Assembly (NCBI RefSeq): GCF_022846255.1
Contig: NZ_AP025682.1
From: Escherichia coli
Lineage (GTDB): Bacteria > Pseudomonadota > Gammaproteobacteria > Enterobacterales > Enterobacteriaceae
Strand: one strand, 5' to 3'
Length of the DNA: 64,000 nucleotides
Position numbers and translations under genes: made by a program. Shown piece by piece: positions 19,685-28,500 of the stretch. The notes beneath the pieces are model-generated. The model saw only the letters and a program-made list of their open reading frames with translations. It searched no databases and was not told where the DNA came from. The stretch's first letter is position 1, and every line of letters begins with the position of its first letter.

Positions 19685-20788
19685 ATGAAATTATCTATCG
19701 ACATTTCAGAACTTATTCAATTAGGGAAGAAAATGTTACCAGAAGGAGTCGATTTTTTTCTGGATGAATCCCCTATTGACTTTGATCCTATAGATATTGA
19801 GTTATCCACGGGTAAAGAAGTTAGTATCGAAGATCTTGACCCTGGTAGCGGGCTTATCTCTTATCATGGCCGCCAGGTTCTTTTATATATTAGGGACCAT
19901 TCAGGGCGTTATGATGCGGCTATCATCGATGGCGAAAAAGGAAAACGTTTTCATATTGCCTGGTGCAGAACTCTTGATGAAATGCGCCATAAAAATCGAT
20001 TTGAAAGGTATCATGCAACTAACCGCATAGATGGTTTATTCGAAATTGATGATGGTTCAGGTCGGAGCCAGGATGTTGATTTACGGGTATGTATGAATTG
20101 TCTGGAACGACTTAATTACAAAGGAAGTATTGATAAACAAAGGAAAAGAGAGATTTTTAAATCATTCTCATTAAATGAGTTTTTTTCAGATTATAGTACC
20201 TGTTTTCGTCATATGCCTAAGGGTATCTATGACAAAACAAATAGTGGGTATGTCGAAAACTGGAAAGATATATCAAAATCAATACGAGAAAAGGCCAAGT
20301 ATACTTGTAATGATTGTGGTGTGAATTTATCAACCGCCAAAAACTTGTGCCATGTCCATCATAAAAATGGCATCAAATATGATAATCACCATGAAAACCT
20401 TCTTGTTCTGTGTAAGGATTGCCATCGTAAACAGCCCCTCCATGAAGGTATATTCGTTACCCAAGCTGAGATGGCTATCATTCAACGTTTACGTTCCCAA
20501 CAAGGGTTATTAAAAGCCGAATCCTGGAATGAAATATATGACCTGACTGATCCATCAGTACATGGTGATATTAATATGATGCAACATAAAGGCTTTCAAC
20601 CTCCTGTTCCTGGGTTAGATCTTCAAAACTCAGAACATGAAATTATTGCAACCGTAGAAGCAGCATGGCCAGGCCTTAAAATTGCAGTTAACCTTACTCC
20701 CGCCGAAGTCGAAGGATGGAGAATATATACCGTGGGTGAGCTGGTTAAAGAAATACAAACAGGAGCCTTTACGTCAGCAACGTTGTAA
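19685..20788 (+). CDS. zorE: ZorE-like HNH endonuclease
   Basis: HNH motif CNDCG...CHVHHKNG...NHHENLLVLCKDCH; immediately follows zorB (4-nt gap); MotA/MotB/HNH trio matches Zorya type II gene content. Confidence 0.7.
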   Translation: MKLSIDISELIQLGKKMLPEGVDFFLDESPIDFDPIDIELSTGKEVSIEDLDPGSGLISYHGRQVLLYIRDHSGRYDAAIIDGEKGKRFHIAWCRTLDEMRHKNRFERYHATNRIDGLFEIDDGSGRSQDVDLRVCMNCLERLNYKGSIDKQRKREIFKSFSLNEFFSDYSTCFRHMPKGIYDKTNSGYVENWKDISKSIREKAKYTCNDCGVNLSTAKNLCHVHHKNGIKYDNHHENLLVLCKDCHRKQPLHEGIFVTQAEMAIIQRLRSQQGLLKAESWNEIYDLTDPSVHGDINMMQHKGFQPPVPGLDLQNSEHEIIATVEAAWPGLKIAVNLTPAEVEGWRIYTVGELVKEIQTGAFTSATL

Positions 20789-20798
20789 ATTCCGAAAC

Positions 20799-20824
20799 TC
20801 CGTGAAAGTTAAGGCTTTCACGGA
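20799..20824 (+). terminator. Hairpin downstream of zorE (candidate intrinsic terminator)
   Basis: Perfect 10-bp inverted repeat tccgtgaaag / ctttcacgga with 6-nt loop, 11 nt after the zorE stop; T-run not immediately adjacent. Confidence 0.4.
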
Positions 20825-20998
20825 AGATAAATATAATTTTCCTGATTTGTGACTCAAATTACAAAAGTCGTTTATGGCATAACTTGTCTGTTTTTTTTGG
20901 TGTAATAGGTATAAAGGCATATGCTATGGTTAGCCTTATATTTAAAACTTTCCTCATACGGGTGAAGGTTAAAGATTGGTAGATAGGTTACAGTCACA

Positions 20999-21496
20999 AT
21001 GAATAAAGCAATAACGGTGCTTGCTATAATGATGGCTTCATTTTCCGTAAATGCGTATGTATTACCGGAAACGCCTGTGCCATTTAAAAGTGGTACCGGA
21101 GCAATTGATAACAACACTGTCTACATTGGTTTAGGTAGCGCAGGTACGGCATGGTACAAGCTGGAGAAACAGACCAAAGATAAAAAATGGACAGCGTTAG
21201 CTGCATTTCCTGGTGGACCGAGAGATCAAGCAACTTCTGCATTTATTGATGGCAATCTGTATGTGTTTGACGGCATTGGCAAAAACAGTGAGGGCTTGAC
21301 TCAGGTATTTAATGACGTTCACAAATACAACCTCAAAACCAATAGCTGGGTTAAATTGATGTCGCACGCGCCGATGGGCATGGCGGGTCATGTGACATTT
21401 GTACACAACGGCAAGGCTTATGTTACTGGCGGTGTTAACCAGAATATCTTCAATGGCTATTTTGAAGATCTTAACGAAGCTGGAAAAGATTCAACA
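20999..21496 (+). pseudogene. nanM: nanM (yjhT) N-acetylneuraminate mutarotase, 3-prime truncated (first ~166 codons only)
   Basis: Translation matches my recollection of E. coli NanM from the signal peptide through ...EDLNEAGKDST, then diverges into an unrelated 36-codon tail before a stop at 21607; full-length NanM is about twice this length. Confidence 0.8.
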
Positions 21497-21614
21497 TACC
21501 GAACGCCGGAGAACTGGACGACGACACCACGAAGCAGTCATTTCAGTCGGGGGATGATTGTAGACAAATTTGTTGACGCTATTTTGCGGTTTTGGCGTGA
21601 AGGGTGAGCATTCA

Positions 21615-22193
21615 TTAATTTGATTTATTTGCATCCATCAACGCTTTTAACTGCTCCGGCGAAAACGGTGGTTTGCGTCGGTGCAACATCGCATGGCAAT
21701 TAGGGCACACAGGAAGCAAATCATTAACTGGATCCAGCTGGTAATTCTCTTTAATGGCTGAAAGCGGCACCAGGTGATGCACATGGATAAAGCCTTCAGC
21801 GATATCACCATAGATCTTCACCAGATCAACGCCGCATACGTTGCACTGGCATCCATGATGTTCGACCGCTTTATCTCGGGCCTTTTTATCGCGTTCATAG
21901 CGGTTTACTGTCACCTTTATCGCCGCACTTTCAACGTATGTCTCCTGCGACGGCAACTCATCCGGGAACAGAACGTCGGCTATGGGAGCCGCAGCGGCTT
22001 TATCCAGATGAATATGAAATCCCTGCTCTATGAGTAGCTTGAGACATTTAGATTTTATTCCGCCGGTGAAATCCGCAGGGGTAAATTGCGTCCCCGTCAT
22101 CAATGTCGCTGCGATGCCAGCAATCGCCTTCGAGGGGTAACGTCGGCCATGAATACAACCGCGCAGGCTGGAACTGATGAGTTTCTCCCGCAT
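21615..22193 (-). CDS. HNH endonuclease (192 aa)
   Basis: C-terminal HNH signature HHGCQCNVCG...HVHHLVPLS...NDLLPVCPNCH; N-terminal ~100 aa unassigned. Confidence 0.65.
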   Translation of the reverse strand: MREKLISSSLRGCIHGRRYPSKAIAGIAATLMTGTQFTPADFTGGIKSKCLKLLIEQGFHIHLDKAAAAPIADVLFPDELPSQETYVESAAIKVTVNRYERDKKARDKAVEHHGCQCNVCGVDLVKIYGDIAEGFIHVHHLVPLSAIKENYQLDPVNDLLPVCPNCHAMLHRRKPPFSPEQLKALMDANKSN

Positions 22194-22333
22194 CCCATAA
22201 ATGGATAGCTTCGATGATATACCGCCGCGGAAGATGATCGGGGAGTTTATTCATGGAGAATGTCCTTATACGTTCTCAGAACAGGCAGCAAAAAAACAAA
22301 TGAGATCAAGGTAATATATCTTCACTTGCAGGC

Positions 22334-23263
22334 TTGAACAGCAGAAAATTTGCGAGCATGATCGCAATTATTTCACTGCCAGGGATATCAATGGCTTCCA
22401 GTAAATCGCTACAGCAGGCAATTGCCAATATAAAAATCTGGCACAAGGGTGAACAGCGCGCGCCGCATAAGCCATTGTTATTGCTATATATATTAGCGGG
22501 ATACCTGAATGGACATCCGCGCCTTTTCGATTATGGCTCGGAAATCTACGAACCTCTGCACAGTTTACTGGAACGTTTTGGGCCACAGCGTTCACAGTAC
22601 CGACCTGATATGCCGTTCTGGCGATTACAAGGCGACGGATTCTGGCAATTACACAATGCCGAGCTTTGCTCAACAGCAGGGAGCAGCCGACAACCACCAG
22701 TGAAGGAACTGACTGAATACCACGTTGCAGGCGGTTTCGATGAACAGCACTACGCCCTGGTAACTGGCAATAAAAAACTCATCAATACTCTGGCGCAACA
22801 GATACTCGAAGCGCACTTCACCGAGAGTATTCAGGAAGAAATTGCTGACGAGCTGGGTTTTGATCTCCAGCAAATCCGTAAACAGCGCGACCCGTTATTT
22901 CGCAAAAATGTATTACGCGCTTATAACTACCAGTGCGCGATATGTGGCTTTAATATGCGCCACGACGACACCACCGTCGCGCTGGAAGCGGCGCATATAA
23001 AATGGAAACAGCACGGCGGTCCTTGTGAAATTCCTAATGGCCTGGCGCTTTGCGCAATTCACCATAAAGCCTTTGATAAAGGATCGATTGGCCTGGATGA
23101 AAATATGCGGGTACTGGTATCAGATGCGGTAAACGGCGGAGGGATCGTTGAGAAACTATTCTGGGATTTTGACGGGAAAACTATTGCTTTGCCGCAGGTA
23201 CGTAAAAATTACCCTTATGAGGGATTTGTGGAGTGGCATCGAAAAGAGGTTTTTAGGGGGTGA
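22334..23263 (+). CDS. Two-domain HNH endonuclease (309 aa), N-terminal putative DNA-recognition domain; candidate modification-dependent restriction enzyme
   Basis: C-terminal HNH signature YQCAICGF...AAHIKWKQHGG...NGLALCAIHHKAFD; ~200-aa N-terminal domain (HKPLLLLYILAGY...) unassigned; divergent from the 192-aa HNH gene. Confidence 0.6.
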   Translation: MNSRKFASMIAIISLPGISMASSKSLQQAIANIKIWHKGEQRAPHKPLLLLYILAGYLNGHPRLFDYGSEIYEPLHSLLERFGPQRSQYRPDMPFWRLQGDGFWQLHNAELCSTAGSSRQPPVKELTEYHVAGGFDEQHYALVTGNKKLINTLAQQILEAHFTESIQEEIADELGFDLQQIRKQRDPLFRKNVLRAYNYQCAICGFNMRHDDTTVALEAAHIKWKQHGGPCEIPNGLALCAIHHKAFDKGSIGLDENMRVLVSDAVNGGGIVEKLFWDFDGKTIALPQVRKNYPYEGFVEWHRKEVFRG

Positions 23264-23373
23264 GGTTGATAATACCGCGCCCCTATAATCTTGCCATCTC
23301 GTGCATTGAGATGTTAAAAGCTACAAATGTTCTCCCTATTTTTCAATGTAGACATTTATAGCAATATCAAAAT

Positions 23374-24372
23374 TTATTGTTCAGCTTTTTCAACAACAAA
23401 ACCATTTTGCCGTACAAACTCAATCAAGAGTTCAATATTAACAATGCCCCATTGATTAGAAATAGCAACAATTTCACCAGAGGGAAGTGTAATCAACGCA
23501 TCTTCATTAATATGATAGCGACTTTTTTGCTTCTCTGGTATCTGATCGATAAGCATAACCGTACGTTTTTTAAAGTCATCACTTAATCCATTTATTAAAT
23601 CATTATAACTTGCAGGATTAAATTGTCTTATCCAATCACGTAATAATTCAAGCGCTAATTTACGTTTATTAAGTTCTTTATCTTTATATATATACCACGT
23701 ATAGTCCTTCTCTTTTTTCTGACTGCTAATTAGCTGTTCATCACGTTTTTCACGAAATTTAACTTGATATTCTTCCAATTCAGGAACCGGTATGATTTGC
23801 TCTGCATTGATTAGAACATCATCATTAAATCTATAAGGCGTCAGACGAACACATCGAATGTCTACCCCCTTATCTCTTAACCAAATCGCAGTGGTAGTCA
23901 GTTCCTTGCTAAAATCCGATGATGCCAAAACAATTCTGATATCTTTTCCGAAATCAACAAGCTCAGTTTCATCCAATTCAACAAATTCAAGTATTTTTTC
24001 TTTCGCATCGGCATCGCAGTTTTGTTTTTTCAAATACGTCTGGAAATATTCACATGCTTTCGCAAAACTCATTGTGGAAATCATCGCCGCATATCGTAGT
24101 GCCTGTAACTCCATATGCGCCCCCGTTTCATCACGTTTTAATTCGATAACCACTAAATTTGCCTGTTTATCGATTGCCAATAAATCAATTCGCCGACGGC
24201 TATCTTCCCAGTCAGAAAACTCTTCGGAAATCACCAGACAATCAGGAGCAATAATATCTATATTTTTTTTGATTGCTTCCTGTAAATCATAACGTTCCTG
24301 TAATCCTTCCAGAGTAAATGTCGTTTTTTCTAAAGCATGTAGTTCTTTATTTGCGATATTGTACAGCGCCAC
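23374..24372 (-). CDS. PD-(D/E)xK nuclease, NucS/DUF91-like N-terminal domain plus unassigned C-terminal domain
   Basis: Motif RIDLLAIDKQANLVVIELKRDE (D...ExK with the typical DUF91 spacing) near residue 60-80; monocistronic-looking gene between the HNH pair and jetD. Confidence 0.5.
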   Translation of the reverse strand: MALYNIANKELHALEKTTFTLEGLQERYDLQEAIKKNIDIIAPDCLVISEEFSDWEDSRRRIDLLAIDKQANLVVIELKRDETGAHMELQALRYAAMISTMSFAKACEYFQTYLKKQNCDADAKEKILEFVELDETELVDFGKDIRIVLASSDFSKELTTTAIWLRDKGVDIRCVRLTPYRFNDDVLINAEQIIPVPELEEYQVKFREKRDEQLISSQKKEKDYTWYIYKDKELNKRKLALELLRDWIRQFNPASYNDLINGLSDDFKKRTVMLIDQIPEKQKSRYHINEDALITLPSGEIVAISNQWGIVNIELLIEFVRQNGFVVEKAEQ

Positions 24373-24498
24373 GTTTATCTTCCTTTTTTAACTGATTTTA
24401 CAGGGACTTTAACACAGTAAAAATTTTATTTCCTGAGCTGTAATCGATTAAGCTGATGCATTCAATGGGAATGATATCACCTAAAAAGCACATTATGA

Positions 24499-25554
24499 CT
24501 ATATAAATAAACCTAAAGAAGCCACACCTTCTTGGGGTAGACGCTGGTGGATCGCCAGAAGAGTCTTCATTTCTCGTAAAACAAACTTTGGCATCCAGCC
24601 ACACTGTAACTCGAAATCAAACCGTTCGTTGTTGGCGTTCCCTTCCGCTGTCATCAGGCCATTTAAGATCAGTTTATTATAAAGCCATTCATCTAAATGC
24701 AAGCTGATACCGTAATCATTAAGCAACTTACAACGCAACTGATGAGCGATTTTTAAGCCCGCAACATCCAGATCGCCAAAATAAAGTAGTTGTTCTACCT
24801 GTTCGACCTCAAGGAGTTGTGACACGCACTCCGCCTGACCGGAAACTTTGTTACCTGCGCCATAAATGACCAGTGACCAGCGAGTCTGTGCTCGATTAAG
24901 TTGGCATAGCCGATAATACACATCGGAGTTTTCAACAATGATAGCCGGAAGATCATGGCAACGAGATGACTCATACGGTAAAGGCGGCGCACGTCGAAAC
25001 GCGCCCATATCAGCCAAAGTCAGAGTGACATGCTTCCAGCCATCAGGTGGCAAGGAGTCCAGAGCTTTTTCGTCACCAAATATAAGCAGAGACCGCTCAC
25101 GATGTCCAAGCAAGCCCGGGAATAGCGACTTGTCGCCCCCGGTTTGGCGAAAAAGATATGTATTCAGCTGTTGTAAGCGTGCCTTGATTGGCTGGGTAAG
25201 TTGTCCTGTAATACGTCGGGCCAACCAGGGATGCCAGGCTATTTCTGATGTTGTCTTCGTAGGAACGATGGCACCTTCGTAAACAAAAGTACTTGGCAGG
25301 CTCATACCCCGCCAGTAACGCTGCCAACTCGCTTTGTGCTTAGGTTGAGCCCGCCAGTCCCTTTCAAGCAGTTGCGTAACAGCCTGACTCAGCAAATCAG
25401 GCACCTCCTGGCTCAAGGCCTCTTGATTGTGTGCGCGTAATACCTCATCCAGCACCGCATTAGCTTTCACTGTACGCACGGCCTTACCAGCGGCAAGACG
25501 ATGTTTATTGGCTGTCGACTCCAGTCGGGATAGCCAGATCATTACGCTACTCAT
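24499..25554 (-). CDS. jetD: JetD-like Toprim-domain protein (Wadjet)
   Basis: C-terminal Toprim-like acidic motifs (AIIVENSDVYY; LYFGDLDVAGLKIA); last gene of a four-gene minus-strand operon following an SMC-like ATPase. Confidence 0.65.
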   Translation of the reverse strand: MSSVMIWLSRLESTANKHRLAAGKAVRTVKANAVLDEVLRAHNQEALSQEVPDLLSQAVTQLLERDWRAQPKHKASWQRYWRGMSLPSTFVYEGAIVPTKTTSEIAWHPWLARRITGQLTQPIKARLQQLNTYLFRQTGGDKSLFPGLLGHRERSLLIFGDEKALDSLPPDGWKHVTLTLADMGAFRRAPPLPYESSRCHDLPAIIVENSDVYYRLCQLNRAQTRWSLVIYGAGNKVSGQAECVSQLLEVEQVEQLLYFGDLDVAGLKIAHQLRCKLLNDYGISLHLDEWLYNKLILNGLMTAEGNANNERFDFELQCGWMPKFVLREMKTLLAIHQRLPQEGVASLGLFI

Positions 25555-25566
25555 CTCATATCAACC

Positions 25567-28500
25567 TTAAATGACTGGATCGAACTGTGGCTTAGCAGCC
25601 AGAGAAGCCGCCCACAGGGCATGGCGTTCTTTATCAACGGTTACCAAATCGCGCCGCCTCAGTTTTTGAACTTTATTCAGGAAGAGATGGTTATCAAACA
25701 TTGATTGGGCGTTTTCATCCGAAATACCAGTCAGGTAGATGAGCTGGATTTTATAGGCTTTGGCCATTTGGGTTTGAATGCGCATTAGATCATTGGCATT
25801 CGATTTACCCAGCGGGTTATCGGCTAACAAGAATCCTGCACTTGAAATACCCGTATCGTACTCTCGTACTTTACCAACCGTCACAAACAGTAAAAAGGCA
25901 GATGTAAGGCGCTGTCCACCCGAACCTTCAAGTCGGGTGACAGGAGTCCATTGTGGACGGCTGGCATTCGTCTTCAGCAAACGCACCTCCAGTTCCCCTT
26001 CGCCAAATACCGACTGAACCAAATCAGCTGTCAAGGCGTCCCGATTGGGCGCTCGGGGTATCTGTCCCCTGGCTATCCACTGCTGCAAGCGGCTGCTGGC
26101 AAAACCCCTGATATCAGCGGCAACATCATTCAACCGGTCGGTCATTTTAATAATGGGCCGACCAGGCAGTACGGGGCAATCCTCAGGAATTTTGACCGAC
26201 ATCGCGCGCCTGAGAAGCTTAATCGCCCCTTCCAGATGAGCAGTCAGATGGGTGACAGTCAGATCAATCGAACGTTGGAATTGCTCGAGGCTGTCCTGCA
26301 CAGCTTCGAATACCTGCGAGATCCCTGTACCGACCCTCTCCAAATCGCCCAGCACTTCATGATAAGTTGCGATTGAGTCCAACGGCCGTAAGTATTCCTG
26401 ACTGGCTCGGGCGTCTGGATCCTTGGCCAACTCTTCTTCGATGCGTTTGCGGAATTTTCCCCAGACCGTAGAGACGCGCATATTTTGCTGTTTTAGCGTT
26501 TCATTTAAACCGGCATACACTTGGCATTGTGCAGCCAGATCGTCAGCATATTCTGTGATGCTCAGGATCCTACCAGGTAGACCTGCGGCAGAGCTCGGCG
26601 TAATGGGCTGGATCATCGCTTGAGCTGTTTTGGCGTTCTGTAGCCGCTCTTTCACATTTTCAATCTTTCTCAACAGCAGTGTCTTTTGTTCCAGTAGGAA
26701 CTTGATCTGGTGTTCAATCGCATAAAGGTTATTGACGATTTCAGCCAGAGACGTTTGGATTGCCTCTATCTCAATGGGCTTCTCTTCCCAGACAAAATCC
26801 TCGTCAAGTGCTTTACTAGCCTCCTCACAGCTTTGGGAAAATTTTTGCAGAGTTACCTGAGAGCTAATTAGATTTTGCGTGAATTGCTTTTGCTGTTCTT
26901 TGAGGCGTACGATGCTGTTATTAATTACCGTTAGCTCATTGATGGCCGCAGCTTTTACCTCATCCGGATATGTATTGTAGGTGGGTTGAGCGGTCAAACG
27001 ATCAGAGGCGTAACGTTGTGCCTGTTCAGCATCTTTCAGTTGTTGCTTGAGAACGGTCACTTGATCACCGTTGGCTGCTTCGAGCAATTTTTTGTGCGCC
27101 TGAGCAGCCATCTCATGGGCATATTCAGGGCTTCGTCCTTCCATACCTTCAGTCGCCGTAATCTCTGAATAGAACGGTTCGTTACACAGATTACTCCAGC
27201 TACCTATCTGGATAATTAAAAGGGTTTTCTCGGAGCGTTTGTTCTTCTCGAGCTCGCTCAGCCGTTCCAGCCTCTCTCTCTGGGTGTAAAGAGTGTTCTT
27301 GCTTCGCTGAATCTGTGCAGCTAACTGCTCCAGTTTCATTATCGCCGTTTCACGCTTCGCCCATTCTTTTTCTACAAAAAGACTCACTTTATCATGTGCT
27401 TTTTCTGCCTGAATTTTCTGCTGTTGGGCGTTGTTTAAACGCACCTGGACATCTCTCTTCTCGTCACGCAGTGTTTGCTCATCATGCTCAGCTTGCTTAA
27501 GTGCTGCATCAGCATTTTCCAGTATTAATAGAGCCAGCTCCCGTTGGTCAAGCAGTCCCGCCCAATGCTTACCATACTGTTCGTAATGCCGACTCCAGTC
27601 ATTCCTGAAAGATTCCAGTACTTTAAGGGCGCTCTCCGCAGCCTTCACACTGACTTCCTGCGACGCTACGGTATTCTCCAGGTCTTGCAGCCGGGTTTCG
27701 TAAGCGGCCTGGCTATATCCGTGCTTATCGGGGTTTGAGAGGACAACCTGTACTAATTCAGACGTTTCTCGGCGGAGATCTTGTGCTTCATCCAGCAAGT
27801 AAATAGCAATAGGTGCCTTCTTCCAGGGTAGGATCTCACTAATTTTATGGACCTGTTCAAACGTTACATTGTCGAGTGCGACCAGGCTCAGGTAGCGGCC
27901 AGGGTTCTGATCGATCACCGCTGCAATCTTTTGTGCATCATCGTTGTGAGCAGAGGCCAAATAGTGTGGAAATGTCCATAGCTTATCCCGTGCAATGCCC
28001 GCAGCATAAAACGCTTCAAGTGCCTCATTGACCTGCTTAGCAACCAGTTCATGTCCCGTCACCCTCAACTCGTCCAGTTCGTGCCGGGCTTGCAGTAAAC
28101 GCTCTTTCATTCCATTCAGCGTTTGAGCGTTCGCATTCAATACTTTGTCGAGCTGCAATCCACACAGCTCGCTGTGCCAACTCGTGTCTTCAATATCCAG
28201 ATCATGTCGCGTTGACGATGGCAGTTTTTGATAGGTTTTTGCTAAAAGTAAGGCACTATCCACAGCTGACTGGTGTTTTTGTTTAGCCAGAATGAGTTTT
28301 TGCTGGGCCTCACTTTTCTCAATTGATGCCTCCCGCACAACATTCAGCTGTGCTTCCAGCGCCTGCTCTTTCTGATGAAGAATTGTATTAGCCAGTTCTT
28401 CACTCTGCTTTGCATCGCGTAAGGTTAATTCCAGTCGGTATTGGGCTGCTACTGGTGTTTCATCCTTCTGGATCAACCCAGCTTCACATAATTCATTCCG

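Noticed and set aside
21497-21607. C-terminal 36 codons of the 202-aa ORF as a genuine NanM variant
   Set aside because: Sequence after GKDST does not resemble NanM as I recall it and terminates early; interpreted as a fusion junction.
22048-22254. 68-aa minus-strand ORF upstream of the 192-aa HNH gene
   Set aside because: Overlaps the HNH gene start in another frame and has no RBS or motif; likely spurious.
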